A stretch of 16,468 nt of DNA from Polyangiaceae bacterium (GCA_033763455.1 JANRKO010000058.1:1-16468); one strand, 5' to 3'. Positions 1 to 7,699 are shown, counted from the first letter of the stretch. The notes: generated by a model from the sequence alone, not told the origin. Made by a program: numbers and translations.

Positions 1-140
1 ATACATTGAGGTGTTCTACAATCGGAAACGCATTCACACGTTTCTCGGAAACCTGAGCCCATCAACTTTTGAATCTTGCATCGCTCAAAAGTTGGCGGCA
101 TAGTCCTATGAAATCTGTCCAGCAAATCGGATCAGCTCCA
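1..140 (+). mobile_element. IS3-family insertion sequence, 3' end (transposase C-terminus plus right inverted repeat)
   Basis: The frame from nt 2 reads YIEVFYNRKRIHTFLGNLSPSTFE...*, the characteristic IS3 OrfB C-terminus (YN..R.H..LG..SP..FE). It is followed by ctgtccagcaaatcggatcagctcca (115-140), which ends in the 3'-CA typical of IS3 ends. Confidence 0.88.
2..103 (+). CDS. IS3-family transposase OrfB, C-terminal fragment (5' part outside window)
   Basis: Manual translation YIEVFYNRKRIHTFLGNLSPSTFESCIAQKLAA* with TAG at 101-103. Not in the ORF track. Confidence 0.88.
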   Translation, partial: YIEVFYNRKRIHTFLGNLSPSTFESCIAQKLAA

Positions 141-848
141 AACATCTATGCGCTAGTGGAAGGGAAGCGAACTGAAAAGGAGCTCTACCGGGCATGGCTT
201 AGGGCGGCGCTTCCAAAACTTGAAGTCGTCGGTCGACCAGAAGACTTGGGGGGAAATTCGCTCTTTCTCGTTTCCGGAAATGGGTACCCCAGCTACAAGC
301 AGCGTATTATCCAATCGTTGCAGGACATTGCTCAGCACGGCGCTATCGACGCGTTTCTTGTGTGCGTCGATTCGGAGGAAATGTCCAGGGACGAGAAGCT
401 GGAGGAGCTGCAAACTATTTTGAAGTCTGCTCAGCCGTTCCCAAGAACGAAACTTGTCGTTCACGATTGCTGCATCGAAACGTGGCTTCTCGCGCACAGG
501 AAGATTGTTAGCAGAACGCCACAGGAGAGCCAGCTTGGCAAGTTCGTTGCACATTTTGATGTGACTCATTTGGACCCCGAAAAGATGCCTCTCCTGCCCG
601 AGTTTCGCGTTCGCGCCCAGCATCACTTTGCCTATCTCAAAGCGAGTTTTCGGGAACGGGGGCTCTCGTACACAAAAGCGCACCCGGGGTGCGCTTGTGA
701 CGCTAAGTACTTCGAAGAATTAGCCCGACGATGCACGAACACAGGTCACATTTCTTCGTTCCGCGTGCTGCTGGACGTTCTGGCTGAGCTTGGGGCGGAG
801 CCCGAACGCATTGGTCGTGCCGTTTGCAGCGGATACCGCACACGCTAG
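108..848 (+). CDS. TOPRIM-fold (DUF4276/RloB-like) protein; native start displaced by IS3
   Basis: NIYALVEGKRTEK begins at nt 141 right after the IS end (TOPRIM hhhhEG..E motif). It also has the acidic motif LVCVDSE and HDCCIETWLL. An in-frame ATG at 108 lies inside the IS end. Such proteins usually sit downstream of an AAA/ABC ATPase gene. Confidence 0.65.
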   Translation: MKSVQQIGSAPNIYALVEGKRTEKELYRAWLRAALPKLEVVGRPEDLGGNSLFLVSGNGYPSYKQRIIQSLQDIAQHGAIDAFLVCVDSEEMSRDEKLEELQTILKSAQPFPRTKLVVHDCCIETWLLAHRKIVSRTPQESQLGKFVAHFDVTHLDPEKMPLLPEFRVRAQHHFAYLKASFRERGLSYTKAHPGCACDAKYFEELARRCTNTGHISSFRVLLDVLAELGAEPERIGRAVCSGYRTR

Positions 849-884
849 CGTCCGCCCCACGCGCTGAAACTTGGGACGTTTGGC
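823..884 (+). other. degenerate attC-like recombination site
   Basis: L''-like TTTGCAGC (823-830) pairs with L'-like GCTGAAA (863-869) with one extrahelical G. It is followed by ...GGGAC-GTTTGGC (R'-like, 878-884) shortly before the ATG at 898. The R'' box is not recognisable. Confidence 0.5.
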
Positions 885-897
885 CCGACGAGACCCT

Positions 898-1563
898 ATG
901 GCCCCAGGCTCAACAGTCAGACGGCAGGTGGCGACACGAGGTTACATTTTTGTCCCGCGCCTCCTTAGCAACGAATCCACCATTTCCGCAGTTTCGCAAC
1001 TCGGTACCATCGCCACGCTTGCTGGCCTCGATCGCGTTCAGATCCTCTGTCCGCGCAAACGGGCCGATGCTCCCCCTAATATTTATAGCGGGAACTTTGG
1101 TCTCGATGCCTTCCCGTTCCATACTGACCTCGCTCACTGGTCGCTTCCGCCGCGATATTTGGCGCTCCGGTGCATAAGGGGGGCCGCCGAGGTAGCAACC
1201 CGGTTATTTGACTCCGGCGGTATCGTCCACGCAGTCGGGCAAGCCGCTCTGCGTCGAGCGTTGGTGCTACCTCGTCGCCCAGTCGGTGGTGCTCGGTCTC
1301 TCTTACCTCTGCTTCAACGCATCGAAGGGGTAAGCCTATTCAGATGGGATCAGATATTCATTGGACCGGCTACTCGTACTAGCCGCGCGACATGCGAAGC
1401 GGTCAGCAGCTTCCTCGCCGCAGCGCCGGGAGAACACATTTCACTAGCGGAACGCGGAGATACCCTCGTGATTGACAACTGGCGGATGCTGCACGGCAGG
1501 ACGGGCGTTCTTACGACGGCCTTGTCACGTCGAGTAGAGCGCGTGTACCTTGTAAATTTGTGA
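898..1563 (+). CDS. TauD/TfdA-like 2-oxoglutarate/Fe(II)-dependent dioxygenase
   Basis: HxD facial-triad motif (FPFHTDLAHW..PPRYLAL), distal His in DTLVIDNWRMLHGR, and a C-terminal Arg (RRVERVY). ATG 898 is preferred over TTG 871 because 871 lies inside the attC-like element. Confidence 0.85.
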   Translation: MAPGSTVRRQVATRGYIFVPRLLSNESTISAVSQLGTIATLAGLDRVQILCPRKRADAPPNIYSGNFGLDAFPFHTDLAHWSLPPRYLALRCIRGAAEVATRLFDSGGIVHAVGQAALRRALVLPRRPVGGARSLLPLLQRIEGVSLFRWDQIFIGPATRTSRATCEAVSSFLAAAPGEHISLAERGDTLVIDNWRMLHGRTGVLTTALSRRVERVYLVNL

Positions 1564-2519
1564 TGGCCGCAAAGAAGAAGTCCGTGAAAGTTCTGGCTGA
1601 TCCTCACGCCTGGTCGAAGGACGCACTTTTGGCGAAGGCACAGCGCTTCGCGGAGGAGATGGCTTCGAACACGCCGGATGATTGGCGCTTCATGCTCTGG
1701 TCTACGCTGGCATTGGAACTTCTCGCAAGAGCAGCGCTTGCGAACGTCAGTCCGACGCTCCTCGCCGAGAAGGAGTGGCCCAACGTATACTACGCCCTCG
1801 GCCATCAGCCAAAGACGAATAAGTTTGTTCCTCGTTCGATCGATATTACAGCGGTGTTCACAAGGCTGCGCGAAGCTCATACTGGACTTGATCCGCGACT
1901 CGCGGGGTTCGGGGTCCTCCATATGCACAGACGCAACGAGGAGCTTCATTCCGGTAGGCTGTCTCTAGACAACACAAAGAATTCGACTTGGCTCCCCATT
2001 TTCTATGAAACCTGCGAGGCTCTCCTGGTTTCGATGGACGAGACACTGAATACACTTTTTGACGATGAAACGGTTGCCACTGCACAAGCGATGATCGCCG
2101 CAGCGAGAGATCAATCCTCGAAGGCAGTTGAGGGTACGATTCGCGCCCACAAGACGGTTTGGGCGGGCAAGAGCGCCCCCGAAAGAAAGCAATTGGTTGC
2201 GCAGGCAACCGCCTGGGCGACGCGTCATATTGGCCACCGCGTCAAATGTCCGGCTTGTGAGTGTGATTCCATCCTGACCGGCGTACCTACAGGGCCCCCG
2301 AACAAAACTCTCAAGGGTGATGAGATCATTGAGCGTCAGACCCACGTTCCTTCGCGGTTCGAATGCGTCGCTTGCGGCCTTAAGATCTCCGGCCTACCCC
2401 AGCTGCATGCTAGCAATCTGGGGGACACGTTCACCGTAACGTACACCTACGAGGCTGCCGAATACTACGCTCCCGACGATCCGTGGGAGGGATACGAGCC
2501 CGATAACAACGAGCCTTGA
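1563..2519 (+). CDS. putative HEPN-domain protein with C-terminal zinc ribbon
   Basis: Helical N-terminus with ALELLARAAL, Rx4H motif RNEELH, two CxxC pairs (CPAC, CVAC) and an acidic tail. TGATG stop/start overlap with the oxygenase at 1561-1565. Confidence 0.65.
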   Translation: MAAKKKSVKVLADPHAWSKDALLAKAQRFAEEMASNTPDDWRFMLWSTLALELLARAALANVSPTLLAEKEWPNVYYALGHQPKTNKFVPRSIDITAVFTRLREAHTGLDPRLAGFGVLHMHRRNEELHSGRLSLDNTKNSTWLPIFYETCEALLVSMDETLNTLFDDETVATAQAMIAAARDQSSKAVEGTIRAHKTVWAGKSAPERKQLVAQATAWATRHIGHRVKCPACECDSILTGVPTGPPNKTLKGDEIIERQTHVPSRFECVACGLKISGLPQLHASNLGDTFTVTYTYEAAEYYAPDDPWEGYEPDNNEP

Positions 2520-2645
2520 ACGGCGGGTTAACTCAATATTGAATTTCACTCTTCGCTCGGCTTTGCAGCTTAATATTCGTATGTGTTAAGCGAAAGAATC
2601 CAATGCCGTTAGACGTAGACCTCCGCGTTCACTTAGAACAATTCC

Positions 2646-3376
2646 ATGATCGAGACGGGCTACTTTCTTGTCGCTGATGTCCTCGGATTCTCCGCGATGA
2701 TCACGAACACTCCAGCCGCTCAGGTCGATTCCCGCATCGGGCAGTGGGTATCTTTGGTCGAATCTGCAAAGGCTCGGAGTGGAGTTGCCAGATGCAGCCT
2801 TTTTTCGGATACGGTTTTTGCAGCCGCCTCGTGCTCTGTCGAGGGGCTTTCCGCGATTTTGTCGTTCAGCCGCGAGCTCCTTTCTGTGGGACTTGAGAAC
2901 TCGTTCATGGTCCGAGGCGGCATGGCACATGGCACCTACACTTGGGGCGACCTTAGCTACGGGCGCGCGATCATTGATGCGCACAGGCTGGAACGTCGCC
3001 AGAACTGGATCGGGGTGTCATGCCAGGGAGCGATGCCCCACGCCAAGGACGTCTGGGGCATGGACCGAATAGTCGCCCACCTGCCTCCGATGAAAAGTGG
3101 GCCCATGCAGGTTCAACCTGCGGTCGCTTGGCCGATCCCCGAAGCACAAGAACTTACACGGCTCGTGATGAAAAGCAACGCGATCAGAGATGGCGATCTG
3201 CTGCAATGGGAGATTGGGTCTCAACAACACACTTCTTTTCCGCAGCTATTTGCTCGTCATAGGAACGGGAAGGCCTTGATCCGTCGCTCTTTCACGGACG
3301 GTTGCCGTCCCAGGTGTTGGATGAAGTCATTTCAAGCGAACCCACGGCGAAGGCTTTAGCTAGGGAGTCGCCCTAA
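2646..3376 (+). CDS. class III nucleotidyl (adenylate/guanylate) cyclase-like protein; C-terminus probably frameshifted
   Basis: ADVLGFS (metal-binding Asp1), FSDTVF (Asp2), VRGGMAHG, YGRAIIDAHRLE. The ORF as given ends at 3359. Protein-like sequence continues in other frames (LNNTLLFRSYLL from 3220; GLDPSLFHGRLPSQVLDEVI...* to 3376). Confidence 0.65.
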
Positions 3377-3379
3377 GGC

Positions 3380-3520
3380 GCACAACTCTTGGCATCAGGC
3401 GGCAGAGTCGGCTGGAGTGCGGCGTAGACCTGCAGCGCCTCGCGAAGGGAAGATCACGCGAGGTGCTGCGGAACGGTAGGAGCGGGTCGACGCGCCGGAC
3501 ATGGATCTGGTACGTTTGTG
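3380..3520 (+). other. long degenerate attC-like / palindromic element
   Basis: GCACAAC (3380-3386), 5 nt, GCATCAG at the left end; GGTAC-GTTTGTG (R'-like at 3514-3520) at the right end, 4 nt before ATG 3525. Internal 13-bp stem gcagcgcctcgcg (3432-3444) / cgcgaggtgctgc (3457-3469) with one G.T pair, plus imperfect flanking arms. Confidence 0.5.
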
Positions 3521-3524
3521 AGCG

Positions 3525-4484
3525 ATGCGCCTTACCCTGAAGCAATTTAATGGCGTCAAGGATCTCGCGAAGGCTCTGCAGAATTTCCTACCGGGCTCAG
3601 GGGCGTCCTCGTGGAAAGGGCATGTCAACTTCGGAACGGTGGCTGCTGAGCTCGGCCTCTCCGAGTACTGGCCACAATCCGGGAGCAAACTCCCCCGCCT
3701 GGTTTCGCTCCTACAGGCCACACTTGAGTACAGGCCTGAGCGGTTCGAGCCGTTGATCGTAGGCATTGTTCGGAAGGGACTAACCTACCGGGAAGCGCAG
3801 AAAGACCCGGTCAGGTCAGCCGAGGTTGAGGGCATTAACGGTGCGCTACTCGAAGTGGGGATGCGACTTCCTGATTTGTGGGATCCGGCGTTCCGAGACG
3901 CACTGTCGCGCACAGACGTGGAACGCGCCCAGACGAACCTGAGCAGTGCGCGCTTTACCGACGAGGTTCAGAGCACTGAACGAGCAAACCGTTCAAGTGA
4001 GCTTCAGCGGCTACAACAGGAGCTCTGCGCCTTGACGTCCTTGAGCGATCGGCAGGCAGCCGGTCTCAGTCTTGAGCGATTGCTGAACTCCCTCTTCAAA
4101 CTCGAAGGGCTCGTTCCTCGATCATCATTTCGTGTTATTGGAGAGCAGATTGACGGTTCGTTCGTTCTTGACAACGAGGTCTATCTTCTCGAAGCTAAGT
4201 GGCACGTCGACCCGTCTCCTGAAGCTGATCTGCTTGTGTTCCGAGGAAAAATTGAAGGAAAATCGGCATTCACCAGGGGGGTCTTTGTTTCACTCAATGG
4301 TGTTTCGGCGTCGGCCCAGGACGCGATCACGCGAGGCAAGCAGCCAAACTTCTTTGTAATGACCGGCCACGATCTGATGATGGTGTTGAGCAATGCGATC
4401 GGCTTGGTCGATCTACTTCGCCGCCGCCAACGAGTCTTGTCCGAAGAGGGAGCAGTTGTTGTGGAGTTCGCACGCGTCAAGTGA
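3525..4484 (+). CDS. restriction endonuclease-like protein (Mrr_cat-type PD-(D/E)xK C-terminal domain)
   Basis: GLSLERLLNSLF...GEQIDGSFVLDNEVYLLEAKW...GVFVSLNGVS matches the Mrr-like E/ID/ExK catalytic pattern. A helical N-terminal domain of about 130 aa precedes it. Confidence 0.85.
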   Translation: MRLTLKQFNGVKDLAKALQNFLPGSGASSWKGHVNFGTVAAELGLSEYWPQSGSKLPRLVSLLQATLEYRPERFEPLIVGIVRKGLTYREAQKDPVRSAEVEGINGALLEVGMRLPDLWDPAFRDALSRTDVERAQTNLSSARFTDEVQSTERANRSSELQRLQQELCALTSLSDRQAAGLSLERLLNSLFKLEGLVPRSSFRVIGEQIDGSFVLDNEVYLLEAKWHVDPSPEADLLVFRGKIEGKSAFTRGVFVSLNGVSASAQDAITRGKQPNFFVMTGHDLMMVLSNAIGLVDLLRRRQRVLSEEGAVVVEFARVK

Positions 4485-4620
4485 GATTGTGTGCTTCGAA
4501 ATAGCCACCCGCAAGAAAGGGCGAGCTCCACGAGAGCAAATCGATCCGGTTGGACCGAGCGGGGTTGCATGCGGCTATCAGTCGGGTTTTTCTATGCTCG
4601 CTAGCCCGGGCAGGATACAG

Positions 4621-5625
4621 ATGGAAGATTCGAAACCGTTTGAGGCTGTCCCCGAGGACGGGGCGGCCCTCTTCAGGATGGCTTGGCAGCTTGAGAACTG
4701 GTTCCGCCTCATAGTGTATGTGGAACTTCGCGCTGCCTATGTCGACTGGGAGGCACCGATCCGGTCGGTGGTAGCTCAGTGGCCACCACGGGCTCTTGGC
4801 AACGACAAGCGCTTGCATCACATGGCAACCGCCCACGCCTCACCACTCTCGTACCTTACGTTCGCTGAGCTCTGGAAGATCATAGCTGATGATCAGCATT
4901 GGCAACTTTTCGAGCCCTACTTCCCACCAAAGGAAATCACTACGGCCCGAATTGAAGAAGTCCGAGCGATCCGCAATCGGATTGCCCACTTTCGAGCGCC
5001 CCACGTCCACGATGTTGCCCGCTTCACGTTGTTTCTGAATGACATGGCATCGGGACTTCGTCGGTTCTGTCAACGATACAATGCTCCGGCGCATTCCCAG
5101 AAACCGGACGCATTTCACGAGCACCTGGGAGCAAACTGGCGCCGTTACGGCTATGGGACGGAGATGAACGGGCCGAATGGCTGGTTATACGCGCCGCACG
5201 ATCAACGGACGTGCCCGACTTTTCATGCAAGTCTGTCCGTTCATCGGCATCCGTTGTCCGGCGCGCGAACAGCTGGGCTGATGTATTGTCTCGCGCTCTT
5301 TCCGCCGGTTGACAGATATCTAGATGTTTCCGGCTTCCTCGAGGGGAGCCGCAAACTTCACGATAAAGCAATTCACGTCCGGATCGAATCTAAGGAGCGG
5401 GTCAGCGTAGTGCTCCCCGCTGTACAATCCGTTCCAGTGATCGGTGACCTCGCAGCGGGATTCCTACAGGTGGCGCGCGACAACGTCTCACTTAGTGAGC
5501 GATCCTTCCAGGTGAACCCATCGGATTGGTCCGAATCTGTGCTGTGGCCGAGCCATGTCCTCAACATCTCTATTGATGAACCGCACGATCCGCTCCTCGA
5601 AGTCCCATCCCTGCGAGCGGGCTAA
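4621..5625 (+). CDS. Swt1-like HEPN domain protein
   Basis: WQLENWFRLIV, LSYLTFAELWKII..W..FEPYF and IRNRIAH (Rx4H) are typical of Swt1-family HEPN domains. The start is uncertain (ATG 4594 or 4621); the ORF-track start at 4393 overlaps the upstream gene. Confidence 0.8.
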   Translation: MEDSKPFEAVPEDGAALFRMAWQLENWFRLIVYVELRAAYVDWEAPIRSVVAQWPPRALGNDKRLHHMATAHASPLSYLTFAELWKIIADDQHWQLFEPYFPPKEITTARIEEVRAIRNRIAHFRAPHVHDVARFTLFLNDMASGLRRFCQRYNAPAHSQKPDAFHEHLGANWRRYGYGTEMNGPNGWLYAPHDQRTCPTFHASLSVHRHPLSGARTAGLMYCLALFPPVDRYLDVSGFLEGSRKLHDKAIHVRIESKERVSVVLPAVQSVPVIGDLAAGFLQVARDNVSLSERSFQVNPSDWSESVLWPSHVLNISIDEPHDPLLEVPSLRAG

Positions 5626-5644
5626 CAAGGCATTGCTGACCGAC
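5620..5644 (+). other. left half of an attC-like site
   Basis: GGCTAAC overlaps the stop codon, then 5-nt AAGGC, then ATTGCTGA-CCGAC, giving R''-spacer-L'' geometry. No matching right half is found. Confidence 0.5.
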
Positions 5645-5647
5645 ACC

Positions 5648-6442
5648 TTGATCACCCACATTAAAACGCTTCGTTCCCTCTTGGTCTTAGCCATCTCTTC
5701 GTGCCTCATCGCCACCTGTAGGCTCCACGCGGCACACAACCCCGAGAGAGCCCGAAAAGCTCCGAGCGAGCCGATAACGGCAACGGTTGAGCGCCCGCCC
5801 GCAACGCTTGCTCCAGATGTGCGGACCCCGAATGCCTCGTCTGTGCAAGTCCCAGAATTACCAGCCCCAGCCCCGGCACCGCCACCGGCTGAGCATGATC
5901 CCGAGCTTCTTGCACGTTTAACCATTAAAACCACGAAGCCTAAGCCCTTAGCCAAAGCCAAATTTCGATCCGCCGCGGGCCTATTTCGCGAAGTCATCCG
6001 AGGCGTCGCCAATCGCTCCCTGCTTGAGGAGAAAGACGAGGCCTGTCAGCAAACACTTGTTACCGACCAAAACGGGACCGTTCGGGGCTTCACTTGGTTT
6101 GGGGGAACCGAACACCACTACGCTGAGTACCGCCGGTTCTTCGATCAGAACGGCGTACTCCGACTCTTGCTACACATGCGCCGCGACGAGCAGGGCGGTT
6201 GGACCGAAGATGTGGTCGCTTTCGATCAGGCGAGCAACGTCAGCGCGTGCGAACATATTGACCATCGCCAGGGAATGCCTCGGCCAGATCTCTGCGAGGA
6301 CGAGGAGCCCGAGCCCAAGGTCGATCCCGAAGTGCAAGCAGCATTGAAACCCTCTCCTCCCCATCGCCGACGCAACCGCATGTTGGAATATTTGCAGTCT
6401 ATCGATCCGAAGGCACAATTTCGGAAGTGCGAGGGTTATTAG
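5648..6442 (+). CDS. hypothetical exported protein / lipoprotein with Pro-rich linker
   Basis: From TTG 5648: basic N-terminus, hydrophobic stretch LLVLAISSCLIATC, Pro/Ala-rich linker (PAPAPAPPP), then a globular domain. Start uncertain. Confidence 0.55.
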   Translation: MITHIKTLRSLLVLAISSCLIATCRLHAAHNPERARKAPSEPITATVERPPATLAPDVRTPNASSVQVPELPAPAPAPPPAEHDPELLARLTIKTTKPKPLAKAKFRSAAGLFREVIRGVANRSLLEEKDEACQQTLVTDQNGTVRGFTWFGGTEHHYAEYRRFFDQNGVLRLLLHMRRDEQGGWTEDVVAFDQASNVSACEHIDHRQGMPRPDLCEDEEPEPKVDPEVQAALKPSPPHRRRNRMLEYLQSIDPKAQFRKCEGY

Positions 6443-6487
6443 CCGAGCCTTCGCTAGTACGCGTCAAAATTCGGCGCAAACTCAACT

Positions 6488-6523
6488 CTCGCGGGTTGCC
6501 AATCACTGCGCTATACTCAAGGA
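6488..6523 (+). promoter_or_regulatory. putative TA-operon promoter (-10 TATACT at 6512-6517)
   Basis: TATACT lies 6 nt before ATG 6524. The region is homologous to 10174-10209. Confidence 0.5.
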
Positions 6524-6718
6524 ATGCAAATCCCGGTGGAACTCAACGCAAGTGAGGTCGAGCAGCTGAGGGAACGAGCCAAACGGCTTGGAGTCCTGCC
6601 GGAAGATCTCGCCCGCGCCGCCGTGTCGGACCTGCTCAATGTCCCAGATGCCGAGTTTGAGTCGGCCATGGAGTTCGTTCTGAACAAGAACGCCGAGCTC
6701 TATCGACGCCTCGCCTAA
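6524..6718 (+). CDS. antitoxin (ribbon-helix-helix-like) of Doc/Fic module
   Basis: 64 aa with an RHH-like N-terminus and the C-terminal NAELYRRLA tail typical of Doc antitoxins. TAATG overlap with the toxin. Confidence 0.8.
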   Translation: MQIPVELNASEVEQLRERAKRLGVLPEDLARAAVSDLLNVPDAEFESAMEFVLNKNAELYRRLA

Positions 6719-7104
6719 TGCGGTTTGTATCCCTGAGCCAGGTGCTTCGTCTGCACGAGGCATTGCTAGAGCAGTCGGGCGGGAGTGCCGGCCTTCGCGA
6801 TCTTGGAAGGCTTGAAGCGGCGCTGGCTCAGCCGAAGGCATCCTTCGGTGGCGTCGACCTCTATGCCAGCTTGTTCGAAAAGGCGGCCGCTTTATGCTTC
6901 TCAATCGTCCAAGGTCACCCCTTTGTGGACGGAAACAAGCGCGTTGGTCACGCCGCCTTGGAAGTCTTCCTTGTCATGAACGGGTACGAACTCACCGCTT
7001 CTGTTGATGAGCAAGAATCCACAGTGCTCGCGCTGGCCTCAGGCCAACTAAGTCGTGAGCAGCTTACTGAATGGATCGTGCGGGCCGCCGTTCCCAAACG
7101 CTGA
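6718..7104 (+). CDS. doc: death-on-curing (Doc/Fic family) toxin
   Basis: HPFVDGNKR Fic/Doc motif, GLRDLGRLEAAL..P and KAAAL; 128 aa. Confidence 0.93.
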   Translation: MRFVSLSQVLRLHEALLEQSGGSAGLRDLGRLEAALAQPKASFGGVDLYASLFEKAAALCFSIVQGHPFVDGNKRVGHAALEVFLVMNGYELTASVDEQESTVLALASGQLSREQLTEWIVRAAVPKR

Positions 7105-7117
7105 GCGGTTGAAGTCA

Positions 7118-7210
7118 ATGCGCATCCGACTTGCAACAGTAGATGATGCTCCTCAGATCGCTCGGGGAGAGTGGGCCACTGCCGCTATCCCAGGGATGTT
7201 GGTGGGTCGA
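7118..7210 (+). pseudogene. GNAT acetyltransferase N-terminal fragment
   Basis: MRIRLATVDDAPQIAR is a typical GNAT start. After about 31 codons the sequence switches to the reverse complement of the vapC fragment. Confidence 0.55.
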
Positions 7211-7463
7211 ATGCTCTGTGCAATTCTGCGTAGCGATGCGATACTGGCACATCGACCGCCGTTGTGATGACACCATCTTGCGCCAGAAACCATTGCAATC
7301 GCATTTCATTCTTGGCAGCGCGTGTCCCTCGCCGAAAGCCAGAGCGAATCTCCCCAAGAGCAATCACCGACGTGGATTACCTCCGCGGACTCAAGCTGAT
7401 CGAAGACCTCGCCATCGTTTGAAAGCGCGTCTGAAGTCGACTGGTGTCGAGCAGCAGCTTCAC
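7185..7463 (-). pseudogene. vapC: VapC/PIN toxin, frameshifted and 3'-truncated
   Basis: GTG at 7463 overlaps the antitoxin TGA. It reads MKLLLDTSRL / SDALSNDGEVFDQLESAEVIHV / VIALGEIRSGFRRGTRAAKNE...YAELHRA across three frames. The C-terminal PIN acidic motif is missing. Confidence 0.75.
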
Positions 7464-7699
7464 TTCCAGAGTTCCTCGTCAATCACACGGTGTAGCTTCA
7501 GGGATCGATCGAACGCGGCCGCTTCCTCCTTCGACCACGCTCCGGGCAAGCTTCGCAGATTTCGAGGCCTGACAGTTTTCCCAACGCTGTGCGCCAGCGC
7601 CTCGAGTGCCACTTGATTAACACTCTTGTTGAGCCGCCTGGCACGCTCCTTAAGCACTCGGTCTAATTCGGGGGGAATATTGCGTATTGTGTACTGCAT
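7460..7699 (-). CDS. FitA/VapB-like RHH antitoxin
   Basis: MQYTIRNIPPELDRVLKERARRLNKSVNQVALEAL is an RHH antitoxin signature, ending IDEELWK. GTGA overlap with the vapC remnant. Confidence 0.85.
   Translation of the reverse strand: MQYTIRNIPPELDRVLKERARRLNKSVNQVALEALAHSVGKTVRPRNLRSLPGAWSKEEAAAFDRSLKLHRVIDEELWK

Noticed and set aside
69..107. ORF-track start (TTG 69) of the TOPRIM gene
   Set aside because: It lies within the IS3 transposase coding sequence in another frame, so the extension is not part of the native gene.
2562..2592. Possible dif/XerCD site
   Set aside because: Only about 7 of 11 matches to the XerD arm and no XerC-like arm. Kept only as an unexplained palindrome.
2646..4484. 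Calling cyclase plus nuclease a Pycsar/CBASS-like operon
   Set aside because: They are separated by about 150 nt containing an attC-like element, and the nuclease shows no recognisable cyclic-nucleotide sensor (CNBD, SAVED, CARF).
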